Origin: an uncultured delta proteobacterium
GTDB taxonomy: Bacteria; Desulfobacterota; Binatia; UBA9968
Assembly (NCBI GenBank): GCA_963727625.1
Contig: CAVSHR010000004.1
Coordinates: 1,152,001-1,216,000 of the forward strand
Length of the DNA stretch: 64,000 nucleotides
Reading direction: 5' to 3'
The notes beneath the pieces were generated by a model. It did no database searches and was not told where the DNA came from. It saw only the letters and a list, made by a program, of their open reading frames with translations. Below, piece by piece: positions 1 to 10,324 of the stretch (position 1 is its first letter; every line of letters starts with the position of its first letter). A program made the position numbers and the translations under genes.

Positions 1-26
1 AGACATCTGCCGGTCAAAATCCCTTG

Positions 27-776
27 TCACGAGCGTCGGCTACGGCCGGCTGTCGCACCGCCATCGAGTACGATCACGGATCCGGTAACGTAGCTTGCGG
101 CTTCGGAGGCTAAGTAGGAAACTAAGTAGGCTACATCGGCTGGCTTGCCGTACCGTCCGATAGGAATGTGAATGGGAACCTCTTCGATTTCCTCACCTTG
201 ACGAACCCGGTGACGGATGGACCCGGGACAAATACAGTTTACTCTCACCCCGTAAGGTCCTGCTTCCAAGGCCATGACCTTGGTCAACATTATGATTGCC
301 GCTTTGGAGGCGGCATAGGCGCTTCCACGAGCGTAGGGGACCAGCCCGCTGATGGAGCCGATATTCACAATTGCTCCCGATTTTTGGCGTTTCATCTGTG
401 GCAGCGCCAGCTTGCTACAGAACATCGTACCGTCGACGTTCACTCGAAATGTCTCGCTCCAGGTCTCGAGCGCATGCTCTTCAACAAGCTCCAGGGGATG
501 CACAGCCGCATTATTGCATAGTAGATCCAACCGACCGTACATTTCGATTGACGTTTCAATCGCCTTCCGCGCGCCATCTAGGGTGCCGATATCACCGGTT
601 ATAATTCGGACCCGGTCTTCTCCCACTGCCAGGGTCCGCTGTGCCTGGGCGCAGGCATCGCTATCCCGATCGACTACCACGACACACATTCCATCTCCGG
701 CAAGATGGCGGACAATTTCCAATCCGATACCCGTGGCACCGCCGGTTACGACCGCTGCGCGCTTCAACTCAGCCAA
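27..776 (-). CDS. Classical SDR family NAD(P)-dependent oxidoreductase (FabG-like)
   Basis: TGGATGIG Rossmann motif, NNA motif, catalytic YAASK, C-terminal VTGSVIVLDGG; 249 aa. Confidence 0.92.
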   Translation of the reverse strand: MAELKRAAVVTGGATGIGLEIVRHLAGDGMCVVVVDRDSDACAQAQRTLAVGEDRVRIITGDIGTLDGARKAIETSIEMYGRLDLLCNNAAVHPLELVEEHALETWSETFRVNVDGTMFCSKLALPQMKRQKSGAIVNIGSISGLVPYARGSAYAASKAAIIMLTKVMALEAGPYGVRVNCICPGSIRHRVRQGEEIEEVPIHIPIGRYGKPADVAYLVSYLASEAASYVTGSVIVLDGGATAGRSRRS

Positions 777-1056
777 CCTAACACCTCAAGCTTTCCCGCG
801 AGATCCGCAAAGACCCACGTGAACGCGTGGAGCAAGGCTACCCTCGTCTTTATCTTCCATACGGATACCGACGGGAAATTGTTAAACGTAGGGATATTCC
901 TAGACTGCGATCCGGGTTGTCTTCAGCTGAAGGAACAGCCCTCAATTGGGTGGCGGTCGAGTCCCGCCCTACCCTTAGAACTGTCGCTCATGACTGCCTC
1001 ATCAATGACGAGAAAAGAGAGGCCCCGCTTTGATGGCTGGGGCCTCTCTTACAGCG

Positions 1057-2733
1057 TTACTTTGCCAGCCATGTCTTCCAGAGGCCGCCCTTGGCGTGAG
1101 TGTATTCCTGCCCCGGACCGCGCTCCCAGTTCTTCACGTTGTCGCGCCAGACGAAGTTTCGGATGTTAGGCCACCCGATCACGTAGTATGCCACGTCATC
1201 GACAAAAACCTTCTGGACCACTTTCTTCCAGATAGCCATGCGTTTGGCCCTGTCAGACTGTTCCAGGTACTGGGTAAGCAACTTTTCCAACTCAGGAGTG
1301 CAGTATTTGGAAACGTTGCTGATCCCCGGCTTACCGCCGGAACAGGAGATGTACTGCAGGTTGGCGACGAGGGGCTCGCCAACTCCACCGCCACCGTACA
1401 CGGAAACGTGAAGCTCGCCGGCGACAGTCTTCTGAATGAGCTCGGCTCCGGCCAGGTTCTGGATCGAGAACTTGATACCCGCTTCGGACGCCTGGCGAAT
1501 GATCGCCTCGGTCCAGGGGTCGCTCTGACCCCGAGTGGCTCCCAAGGTGATCGGTTTGCCTGTATACCCGGCTTCCTTCAGCAGGCGCTTTGCTTCGGCA
1601 ATGTTCCGCTTCCATTTGAAGCCGGAGGAGCTCTCCCAGTCGGTGCCTGCCGCAGCCCAGGTCAGCACAGGAACGCCGAACCCAAAGGTGGCCTCCTTCA
1701 GGATCTCGTCCTGGTCCAAGGACAGGGCGATTGCCTTGCGCACCCGAGGGTCTGACGTCGGAGCCAATTGGGTGTTAAAGACCAATTGCCTGAGTCCGGC
1801 GGTACCGATGGGCATGTAGTGCAAGCCCTTGAGCGCACCGCTTTTTATGCGCTGAACGAAGGTTGGCCCCAAGCGCTCAGTCAAGTCGATGTCCCCTGCC
1901 TGGATGGCGGCGGCCCTGGAAGCGCTCTGGCTGATGACCCGGAACCGGACACCGTCGAGGTAAGGAGCGCCGCCCCAATAGTCGTCATTGCGGACAACAT
2001 CGAATTCCTGCCCGGGGATCCATGCTTTGAATTTGAAGGGGCCGGTACCGGGGGGTGGGGTGCCGCCCTTCATCTTCAGCTGGCCAGGTGCTACGGACTC
2101 CATCGGTGCAATGTGCAAGATGGCCGTGTCGGCAAGAAGCTCAGGTAGCAGACCGCGGGGGCCGCGCAAAGTGAACTTCACAGTATATTTGTCCAAGGCG
2201 ACGACGTCTTTAACATTGCTCGATAACTGGCCCTGACCAGCTGCGCCGTTGGCGGGGTCCATGATGTGCTTGGCGGACCAGACCACGTCACTTGCTGTCA
2301 GTTCCTTACCGTTGTGGAACTTTACTCCCCGGCGAATTTTGAATGTCCACTCGCTCGAGTTTTTGTTCGGTGTCCAGCTTTCCGCGAGCCAAGGATGAAT
2401 ATCGCCCTTCTGGTCGTACATGACCAAAGGTTCATAGACGTTGTCTTTCACGTATTGGGCAATAGAGGTGTAGGAAACGAAAGGGATGGGCGTCCCAATG
2501 CCCTTAACGATTCCAAAATTGAGCGTACCGCCCTTGCGGGGCTTGCCCGCCGCCAAAGGTTGAGAAGTCGCGGCGGCTAAAAGGCGGGTCGCTGGAGCGG
2601 AGGCCGACTGTGCTCCCGCTGCGCGTGCGGTTAGGGTGGTGCCGCTATCATAGGCAGCTACAAGGCCTAAAAACAAAAACGCCGACGCAGCAAATGATCC
2701 GCGTCCGATACCTTTCAAAAACCAGTATTTCAT
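1057..2733 (-). CDS. ABC transporter substrate-binding protein, family 5 (DppA/OppA-like)
   Basis: Signal-like N-terminus; PWLAESW, FKIRRGVKFHNGKELTASDV and PGTGPFKF family motifs; RBS GAGGAGG upstream. Confidence 0.92.
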   Translation of the reverse strand: MKYWFLKGIGRGSFAASAFLFLGLVAAYDSGTTLTARAAGAQSASAPATRLLAAATSQPLAAGKPRKGGTLNFGIVKGIGTPIPFVSYTSIAQYVKDNVYEPLVMYDQKGDIHPWLAESWTPNKNSSEWTFKIRRGVKFHNGKELTASDVVWSAKHIMDPANGAAGQGQLSSNVKDVVALDKYTVKFTLRGPRGLLPELLADTAILHIAPMESVAPGQLKMKGGTPPPGTGPFKFKAWIPGQEFDVVRNDDYWGGAPYLDGVRFRVISQSASRAAAIQAGDIDLTERLGPTFVQRIKSGALKGLHYMPIGTAGLRQLVFNTQLAPTSDPRVRKAIALSLDQDEILKEATFGFGVPVLTWAAAGTDWESSSGFKWKRNIAEAKRLLKEAGYTGKPITLGATRGQSDPWTEAIIRQASEAGIKFSIQNLAGAELIQKTVAGELHVSVYGGGGVGEPLVANLQYISCSGGKPGISNVSKYCTPELEKLLTQYLEQSDRAKRMAIWKKVVQKVFVDDVAYYVIGWPNIRNFVWRDNVKNWERGPGQEYTHAKGGLWKTWLAK

Positions 2734-3532
2734 CGTGCTACGTCCTCCTCTTCTATGACTCTGCTTCTATAATAATTCCGGGCTGCCAGCATCTAGACGC
2801 CGGCGGATACCCGACTGGCAATGACCCTCGACCCAATGGGGCCGACGAGGACATCTCGCGTCGGTAGGCCGATTCCTCCGTTGCCGAGACAACCAACTCA
2901 CTACGCCGACGAGATCTTAGATTTTCACCGTCAAGAAGTGTCAGGACGTTAGCACCGCAGCGAGAAGAGTGTCAAGATCTTTCTCGGGTGCAGCGATTCC
3001 GCGTCGGCAACTGAAAGTATTTGAAAAACTCTGCGCATGAGCATGTGCGAACATAGCTCTCAAGCTCTCCGGAATTTCTTTGCAAAGGTAAGACCTCAGG
3101 GCTGCAGGGCCAGCAGTCCCTGTCCCCCACAGAAGTGGAATGCTTCAACTACAAGCAAAAGAACCAGGTAAGCGTCCTGATCGTGCTCAAGCCGTGGCAC
3201 ACCAGCAATACGATGAGCGGCGAGATCCTGCCAGCCAAAAAAGGTTCTAGAAAAATCGCGACTGGCGGCGACATCGACGAATTGGGAAGAAAAAATATGG
3301 CCCATAAACGAATCAAAAAATGATCTGAAACAAAAACAAAGCAAATAGTAAATCGGGAGCTTGTCATACATCGGGTCTCGTTGTAGCATTCGGCAACCTT
3401 CAGCGGGCAAACTCAAAATGCGCTAATCTTTCCCGGAACGGTCCCCGTGCGCAAGGGGTCCGCCCGGTCGATAGTGCTTGATTTCTGTCACCGCATCGGG
3501 TTCCAGTCGGTATTGGTCAGGAGGATTCGGCG

Positions 3533-4492
3533 ATGCTCGTACGGTACGCCGCGTTGCGGCTCGTGCAATTGGTCCCTATGGTCCTGGTTGTCACGATGGT
3601 CGTCTTTTTCGTCATGATGATTGTCCCTGGGGACCCGGTCATGGTGATGCTGGGCGCGGTGGATGGGGCGCAGATTTCACAAGAAGTCTATGACGCGATG
3701 CGCGTGCGGTTGGGATTGGACCAACCCCTCATCGTCCAATATGCCCACTGGCTGTGGAATATGCTTCAGGGAGACTTGGGCAGCTCGATTACCTACCGGA
3801 CGGCAGCCCTGGACGTCATCCTTCACCGCCTGGTCCCAACCATGTACCTCATGGTTGGGGGCCTGGTAATGGCAGTTGTCATTGCCGTACCCGCAGGCGT
3901 GCTGGCAGCCATTCACAACAACACCAAATGGGACCACCTGGCCACAGGATTTGTGATCTTCGGCATCTCGGTGCCGACCTTTTGGCTGGCCCTGGTAGCG
4001 ATCCTGATTTTTGCGGTGTACCTTGGCTGGCTCCCCTCGATTGGGTATACGCCCCCACAAGTAGACTTCGTGGATTTTTTAAGACATATCACCTTACCAA
4101 TGACCGTGGTGGCCTTGAACATTGCCGCCACGGTTTTACGATTCCAGCGGCAGGACTTCCTTGAACAAATGCATCAGGATTACGTTCGGACCGCAAGGGC
4201 GAAGGGACTGAGCGAGAGGGTGGTCCTGTGGAAGCACGTGCTGGGCAACTCGCTCATAACGACGTTAACGGTGGTGGGCCTGCACATGGCCTACCTCAGC
4301 GGACTGATCACCATTGTTGAGACTGTTTTCAACTATCCCGGCATTGGCTATCTGCTGTTGAATTCCATAAACACCCGGGATTTCGTTGTCGTCCAAGATG
4401 TGGTCCTGTTCATGGTCTTTCTCGTCATCGTGGTCAACCTAGTCGTTGATATTCTCTACGCGGTGCTCGACCCTCGGGTCCGCTACCAATAA
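3533..4492 (+). CDS. Peptide/nickel-type ABC transporter permease (DppB-like)
   Basis: VPGDPV, LGLDQPLIVQY, DYVRTARAKGLSE (EAA loop), YAVLDPRV; RBS AGGAGG. Confidence 0.93.
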   Translation: MLVRYAALRLVQLVPMVLVVTMVVFFVMMIVPGDPVMVMLGAVDGAQISQEVYDAMRVRLGLDQPLIVQYAHWLWNMLQGDLGSSITYRTAALDVILHRLVPTMYLMVGGLVMAVVIAVPAGVLAAIHNNTKWDHLATGFVIFGISVPTFWLALVAILIFAVYLGWLPSIGYTPPQVDFVDFLRHITLPMTVVALNIAATVLRFQRQDFLEQMHQDYVRTARAKGLSERVVLWKHVLGNSLITTLTVVGLHMAYLSGLITIVETVFNYPGIGYLLLNSINTRDFVVVQDVVLFMVFLVIVVNLVVDILYAVLDPRVRYQ

Positions 4493-4508
4493 TGAAAGAT
4501 GGATCGTA

Positions 4509-5426
4509 ATGGAAGCTCGAGCCACCGATGACTCCTCACCTTTCGGACGTTCAGCTGCGCGCTCATTAAGCGTTGCGCGCACCATCATCGCGTTCGCTCG
4601 CAGCGACCGGCGTGCCATGGTGGGCGGCATTATACTCATCCTCTACGTTCTCGTTGCCCTGGTGGGGCCAAGCATCACTCCCTACGATTCGAATTCGCCC
4701 GACCTTGCCGTGCGAATGCAAGCCCCGAGCTGGGCGCGGTGGATGGGAACGGACCGCATCGGCAGAGATGTCCTGACCCGTATCATCGCCGGGTCTCAGG
4801 TCAGCTTGCAGGTGGCGGCCGGAGCAGTCCTCATGGCGCTGATCCTGGGCGTTCCACTGGGTGCTTTGGGCAGCTACTTTGGCGGGACGCTTGATTTGCT
4901 GGTTCAGCGAGTGATGGACGGCATTATGGCCTTCCCATCTCTGGTGCTTGCAATGGCGTTGGTGGCGTTGGCCAAACCCAGCGTCTTTATTCTGTGGTTC
5001 GCCATTGCCTTCAGCTCCGTTCCCCGCTACGCGCGCCTGGTCAGAAGCGGAGTGCTGACGCAGAAAAAGCGGGAGTATGTGGATGCGGCTCGGGCCCTGG
5101 GACAACATCCTATGCGCATCTTGGTAAGGCAGATACTGCCGAACATTATGGCACCCATCGCGGTACAATTGACGCTGGACTTTGCCCGGGCCATCAGCGT
5201 GGAAGCGGCCCTTAGCTACCTCGGCCTTGGACTCTCTACGCCCTATATCAGTTGGGGCACGATGATCAAGGAAGCCCAAGACTTTCTCGTGGTAGCACCT
5301 TGGTTGGCTATTTTCCCTGGACTGGTCTTGGCGGGAGTCATCCTGGCCTTCAGCTTGGTGGGTGACGCCCTGCGGGACCGCATGGACCCGCGCATGCGCA
5401 GAAGCTTGAGTAGACGACCGGTCTAG
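4509..5426 (+). CDS. Peptide/nickel-type ABC transporter permease (DppC-like)
   Basis: WMGTDRIGRDVLTRI, REYVDAARALG, EAALSYLGLG, GDALRDRMDPR; start placed at the first ATG after the dppB-like stop. Confidence 0.92.
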   Translation: MEARATDDSSPFGRSAARSLSVARTIIAFARSDRRAMVGGIILILYVLVALVGPSITPYDSNSPDLAVRMQAPSWARWMGTDRIGRDVLTRIIAGSQVSLQVAAGAVLMALILGVPLGALGSYFGGTLDLLVQRVMDGIMAFPSLVLAMALVALAKPSVFILWFAIAFSSVPRYARLVRSGVLTQKKREYVDAARALGQHPMRILVRQILPNIMAPIAVQLTLDFARAISVEAALSYLGLGLSTPYISWGTMIKEAQDFLVVAPWLAIFPGLVLAGVILAFSLVGDALRDRMDPRMRRSLSRRPV

Positions 5427-5544
5427 GCATCAAAGAGGGCGGCACTTTCAGATCACAGTTGTAGCCACCAGCCTGGAAGCCGAAGAAAGTTGGAGATTCC
5501 CTTAGCCGGTCATAACCGAGGATGATTTTCGACAAGGAGGAACT

Positions 5545-5964
5545 ATGGGCATCGAAGCAATTGATCACTGGGTCCTCGTGGTCAAGGACTTGGAACAGAC
5601 TTTCGCTTTCTACCGAAAGCTCGGCCTTGACGCCGGTTGGCAAGAGCGTCCCGGCGGGCGGGGGATCCGTCCCATCATCCGCATCAGCGAGACGCAGAAA
5701 CTGAACCTTTACGTGGTTGATCGATACGAGATCGAGAGTCCGACCTTCGCCCCTGGCTACGCGACGGGGTCAGCGGATTTTTGCCTGCGGTGGGAAGGAA
5801 CCGTGCAAGAGGCGCAGGACTTCCTCAAGCAGGCCGGAGTTCCGGTACTCCACGAGCCCGCCGCCCGCTCGGGTTCCCAGGGCCCGGCGACCAGTCTGTA
5901 CGTGCGTGACCCCGATGACAACCTGATCGAGCTGATGATCTACGGGGACCCCGCGTACCAATAG
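5545..5964 (+). CDS. VOC (glyoxalase-like) family protein
   Basis: IDHWVLVVKDLEQTFAFY and SLYVRDPDDNLIEL motifs; RBS AAGGAGG. Confidence 0.9.
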   Translation: MGIEAIDHWVLVVKDLEQTFAFYRKLGLDAGWQERPGGRGIRPIIRISETQKLNLYVVDRYEIESPTFAPGYATGSADFCLRWEGTVQEAQDFLKQAGVPVLHEPAARSGSQGPATSLYVRDPDDNLIELMIYGDPAYQ

Positions 5965-6085
5965 CAAGAACAAACATTCCACCATCAATGCGCCCAGTGG
6001 CATTCGGCTAGTTCTGCTAACCAGTGCGGAACCATACAACCCCAAGCGGTGAGTAGCGAGCCCTAGCTAAAATTACTCGCGGGCG

Positions 6086-7300
6086 CTAAGCACCAGGCTT
6101 CGCAGTTTCAGGCTGCGGGCCAACGGTGATAGGACCTGGCTGATACAGCGGCTGGTTGATTTGCGACTTGTCCACATCGAGTTTGTAAAGCCCGATGGCG
6201 TTGTCCATCAGGATCCTTTTACGGTCATCCACCGATACCACGTCCTGAAGTGAGTGAGTCCGGCACCAGACCGACTTGGGCCAAGTGGTCGTGCCGTGTG
6301 GGTAATCGGTGGAGTACATAATCTTGTCGACACCAATCTCATCACGGCTTCTGATCCCATGGCGCTCATGCCAGAAGGTGCTCCACATGTTGGACCGGAA
6401 AGTCTCACTGGGTTTCTTAGTGAGCGTGGTGTTTTTGGCGACCCTGCGCTCGTCAAACTCATGGTCCAGCTCTTCCAGCAGGTACGGCAGCCATCCCACT
6501 CCGCTCTCGACACTGATCGTTTTGAGCTTGGGAAACTTTTCAAACACGCCCGAATAGAGGATGTTGGACACGATCTCCATGTGGCTCACAAAGGTCATGG
6601 AAACCTGCAAAGCGGTCCTCGCGCCTCCCTGCAAGGACTCCCAGGCCGGCAAGGCCGGTAAGGCGGTCGAGTGCAAGCACAGGGGCACATCAAGGTCGCA
6701 GCACGCTTGGAAGACCGGGTACCAATAGGGATCGTTGAAATATTTTAGCCCGAGGACGTGCGGGGCACCGTGCCAGGCCAGCGCTCTGTGGCCGCGCTTA
6801 ACGGCGCGATGGATCTCGGCAACGCATAACTCCACGTCCCACATGGGGGTCACGCACTGAGCGATGAACCTCGGTGAGTAGTCTTGCCACTCTTCGATGA
6901 GCCAGTCGTTGTATGCGCGAATACAGGCCAGACGAAACTCTTCGCTGCCCTCTTTCTGAAAATTCTGATTGGTTATCCCAATGATGTTGGGGAAGAGCAC
7001 CGAAGCATCCACTTCCTCTTGGTCGAGAATTTTCAAACGCTCGCAAGCGACGTACGTGGAAGGGGGCACTTCGTTCCAATTCCGCACCTTTGCTTTCACA
7101 CCGGCGATGCGGGCCAGGCCGCCAAATCCTTGCGCGTTCCGGCCCAAGGCCCAGGTCTGGCTGCCGTCTGGCAGGTCTACGATGTGAGGAATGTCATCGC
7201 CAAACTTGGCTTTGGACATTCTCTTCGTCCAAACATCGGGGGCTTCTTGGACATGATCATCAGCGGAAATGACGCCATACTTCATCATCAGCGTTGCCAT
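6086..7300 (-). CDS. Amidohydrolase_2 family protein (paralog 1)
   Basis: ISADDH N-terminal metal motif, RAYNDWL, VESGVGWLPY, MYSTDYPH; start at ATG 7300 with RBS AGGAGA. Confidence 0.9.
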   Translation of the reverse strand: MATLMMKYGVISADDHVQEAPDVWTKRMSKAKFGDDIPHIVDLPDGSQTWALGRNAQGFGGLARIAGVKAKVRNWNEVPPSTYVACERLKILDQEEVDASVLFPNIIGITNQNFQKEGSEEFRLACIRAYNDWLIEEWQDYSPRFIAQCVTPMWDVELCVAEIHRAVKRGHRALAWHGAPHVLGLKYFNDPYWYPVFQACCDLDVPLCLHSTALPALPAWESLQGGARTALQVSMTFVSHMEIVSNILYSGVFEKFPKLKTISVESGVGWLPYLLEELDHEFDERRVAKNTTLTKKPSETFRSNMWSTFWHERHGIRSRDEIGVDKIMYSTDYPHGTTTWPKSVWCRTHSLQDVVSVDDRKRILMDNAIGLYKLDVDKSQINQPLYQPGPITVGPQPETAKPGA

Positions 7301-7463
7301 AGGATCTCCTTGCGGTCTTGTTGAGCCCAATTTGCCAGGATCGCCATGTCAGCACAACACTTCATAGGTCCAGTTTTTTTCAGTGGGACAAAATCGACGA
7401 ATCAAGTGGGCCGGTTGACGTCGCAGGCAACGTGATGCTAAGGGCTTTCTGGAGGAGTCATTC

Positions 7464-8651
7464 ATGGCACGTCATTACCGATACATTTCGGCCGATAGCC
7501 ACTTTGAGTCGCCGCCGGAGCAATGGACGCACCGGGTCCCCAAACGATATCGCGATCGCGCACCACGGCGGATCAAGCTTGCCAACGGTCACGATGGATT
7601 GTTGCTCGAAGGCTCTCGCCTGATCTATGGGGGAACCAGTCTCTATGGTGGACAAGCGCCCGAAACTTTCGATCCTACGATTATGGATTTCGACCGGACG
7701 CCAGGTTGTGGCTCGGCTGAGCAGCGTTTGCGCGAGCAAGACAAAGACGGGATCGACGCGGAGGTTCTTTTCGCGCTGGATGTGCGAAATTCGGCGATTC
7801 GCGATAAGTCCGCGCTTCTCGCGATCGTCAACGGCTTCAATCAGTACATGGCGGAGGAGTATTGTGCGGTGGATTGCGACCGGCTGATAGGTGTGGCCGT
7901 CTTGCCCAACGTCGGCGCCGAGCAAGATATCGCGGAGATGGAATCCTCCAAGCGAATGGGACTCAAGGCGGCGTGGCTTCGGACCTATCCAAGTGGGAAG
8001 AGTTATCCGACTCCGGAAGACGATCGCTTCTGGGCGGCGGCTCTGGATCTGGACATGCCCCTGGTTGTGCATACTTCGTTTCCGGCTCACGTTGGCTCGC
8101 GAGAAACTCCGCTATTCAAATATCCGCGGGAACCCGAGGGTGAACAGCAGCCACCGACGGACTTCGTGCAGCGGCTTGCGCGCCAGGGTCCGTTCCATAC
8201 CGGTTCCGTCGAAGCGAGTCAATTGGTCGTTGCCGGCGTTTTTGATCGGTTTCCGAAACTCCAAATTTACTGGGCGGAAAACAACGTGGGGTGGATTCCC
8301 TACTTTTACGAGCAGATGGACCATGAATATACCGTCAACCGATTTTGGGCAGAGCGCCACCTTGGCCTTCCCAAACTGAAGCGTCTGCCCAGCGAATATC
8401 TCCGGGAACACGCGTACTGGGGCTTTTTCGAAGACCATGTCGGCGTGCGACTGCGTCATGAAGTGGGCGTCGATCGCATGATGTGGTCTACGGATTTTCC
8501 GCATGTCGTGACCCGATGGCCTCAATCGCTCAAAATCCTGGAGTCGCAGATGCGGGAGGTGCCGGAAGACGAGCAGAAAAAAATGGTCGCCGGCAATGCC
8601 GTCAATTTTTTTCGCCTCGAACATAAACCGGACCCGGCCTGGCATAAATGA
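7464..8651 (+). CDS. Amidohydrolase_2 family protein (paralog 2)
   Basis: ISADSH, QDKDGIDAEVLF, AENNVGWIPY, MWSTDFPH; RBS GGAGGAG. Confidence 0.92.
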   Translation: MARHYRYISADSHFESPPEQWTHRVPKRYRDRAPRRIKLANGHDGLLLEGSRLIYGGTSLYGGQAPETFDPTIMDFDRTPGCGSAEQRLREQDKDGIDAEVLFALDVRNSAIRDKSALLAIVNGFNQYMAEEYCAVDCDRLIGVAVLPNVGAEQDIAEMESSKRMGLKAAWLRTYPSGKSYPTPEDDRFWAAALDLDMPLVVHTSFPAHVGSRETPLFKYPREPEGEQQPPTDFVQRLARQGPFHTGSVEASQLVVAGVFDRFPKLQIYWAENNVGWIPYFYEQMDHEYTVNRFWAERHLGLPKLKRLPSEYLREHAYWGFFEDHVGVRLRHEVGVDRMMWSTDFPHVVTRWPQSLKILESQMREVPEDEQKKMVAGNAVNFFRLEHKPDPAWHK

Positions 8652-8670
8652 CGCGCAGGCGAGTGCGCAG

Positions 8671-8879
8671 ATGAACCGCTTGAATGCCAGATTGCTTTTA
8701 CTTATTGGCGACGGCGCGCTGATGCTGATCGCAAGCGTGGACACCACCTCGGCACAGGGCGCGGCCGAACCAGACGTTCAGTACTTCAATGGTAAGACGA
8801 TGCGCGTGATCGTCAATTACGAACCGGAAGCTGCGCAGATCTGTTCGGAGGGTTGATCGCCACGCACCTCCCTAATGAC
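8671..8879 (+). pseudogene. Truncated, frameshifted N-terminus of a tripartite tricarboxylate transporter binding protein (TctC/Bug-like)
   Basis: Signal peptide then YFNGKTMRVIVNYEP, continuing in another frame as ADLFGGLIATHL, which matches the Bug-family start (GK.I..IV...PGG..D...R..A.HL); ends where the duplicated aldolase block begins. Confidence 0.6.
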
Positions 8880-9928
8880 CGTTTATGACGCCGCTTTCAC
8901 CTTACTTGTTTCCGCCTGCACCAAGGGGCGGTACTTGTCGCAAAGTTTCGTCCATCCCTCAGCCTTCTTCTTAGCCCGCTCAAGAGCACTCTCTGAAAAC
9001 TTTACGATCGGTGTTCGGGCCGGCCCTGGCTTCACGTAGCCGGCAAACTCGATAGGAAGCTTAGCGGTGGCTCCCTCATTTCCGCCAGGCCGTTCCCCAC
9101 CGGCCGCACTCATGATTTCAGTAATCACCTGGAGCGCTTCGTGATCTTTCCCCGCCCGCACCAGATTTCGTAGATGAAGCACCGGCCACGGTCCCATCCA
9201 AGCATCGATCGACCAGCAACCCGACGATCCCATTCTATAATAGGGAAACATCTGGGCTTGATTGGTCATGACGCTGATTTTACCGCGGATGATTCCCATC
9301 AGCCGGACAAACTCCCGTGTGTCGCGGTGGCTGTCCTTCATACCTATGATGTTCGGATATTTCACCAGCCTGGGGAACACCGAGACGGGAATTTTGACCT
9401 TATGATTGACAGGGTTGTGGTAGATCAAAATTCCTAGCTTGGGAAACATTTCGGCGATCTGCGAGTAGAAGTCGGCAATATAGTCCGGAGATTGAGCATC
9501 ATAGTATGGCACGCCAAGCAACGTGCCGTCGCCCCCGATGTCTTGAACGAATTTGAGCCGTTGGACCACTTCCCGGGCGTTGGCACTCGTGCTGCCGATA
9601 AAGACCGGTACGCGTTTCTTGGCAGCCTCCACCGTGGCGGACGCAATCGTCTTATATTCGTCCCAAAACACGTTGTAGCATTCGCCGAAGCTTCCCGTCG
9701 TCGTAATCACATCGACACCGTCTTTAATCATGCGGTCCACCCCGGCCTGCAGATTATCAACGGCAACCGTCGATGTCGCATTGAGATCGCCGGCGTCGTC
9801 CGTTGAGAATGACGGCATCATCGCCATCACCCCTTGCACATCTTTCGCTGTTACCATTGCGCTCCTCCTATAAACTTAAACTTGGTCGACCAGCTCCGAC
9901 TTACCACCGTGTCGTTCAATTGGTCAAC
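8880..9928. repeat. 1049-bp direct repeat, copy 1 (aldolase gene plus ~70 bp upstream)
   Basis: Matches 20329-21377; by eye I find only two differences (8900 C vs 20349 T; 9054 A vs 20503 C). Confidence 0.97.
8883..9857 (-). CDS. Class I aldolase (DHDPS/NAL family), NahE/PhdJ-like hydratase-aldolase, copy 1
   Basis: TTGSFGEC (NahE-type GxFGE), IYHNP, Schiff-base Lys in IIGMKDS; N-terminus resembles NahE; RBS AGGAGGAG. Confidence 0.85.
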   Translation of the reverse strand: MVTAKDVQGVMAMMPSFSTDDAGDLNATSTVAVDNLQAGVDRMIKDGVDVITTTGSFGECYNVFWDEYKTIASATVEAAKKRVPVFIGSTSANAREVVQRLKFVQDIGGDGTLLGVPYYDAQSPDYIADFYSQIAEMFPKLGILIYHNPVNHKVKIPVSVFPRLVKYPNIIGMKDSHRDTREFVRLMGIIRGKISVMTNQAQMFPYYRMGSSGCWSIDAWMGPWPVLHLRNLVRAGKDHEALQVITEIMSAAGGERPGGNEGATAKLPIEFAGYVKPGPARTPIVKFSESALERAKKKAEGWTKLCDKYRPLVQAETSKVKAAS

Positions 9929-10324
9929 CTATGCCTGCTGTTTAAGGCCTCTCAAACTGTCGTGGTCAGCGGCGGTAAGTTTTTAATCAATGGGTAATCA
10001 GAGCTGGCAGCATCGCGCGGCTTGGCCATTCCACGTTCATAACACCCTCGAACAAGCCGGCGAGAATGAGCGCCTTCAGCAACGCGCGAACGGTCGCCCA
10101 TAAATACAGTAATGGCGTTGCGTCGCAACGGACCAGCGCAAACACAAAGCAAAACCGACTGAGACCCCGCGTCGCGAGGATACTTATTTCGACCGGTGAA
10201 TTTGACAAAAACCATCGCACTTGCTAGGTGCAGCGTTAGGATCGCAAACGACCGGATAAAAAGAATCCGTTTTAATCACAACGGCAGCCACGAGGAAATC
10301 AGCTCTCGCGCTGGATCGACACTA

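Noticed and set aside
3096-3416. Short ORFs in the SBP/permease intergenic region
   Set aside because: No recognisable motif or convincing RBS; may be a gene remnant but I cannot support a call
8883-9857. dapA (dihydrodipicolinate synthase) call
   Set aside because: Has GSFGE rather than GTTGE, a NahE-like N-terminus and a catabolic context
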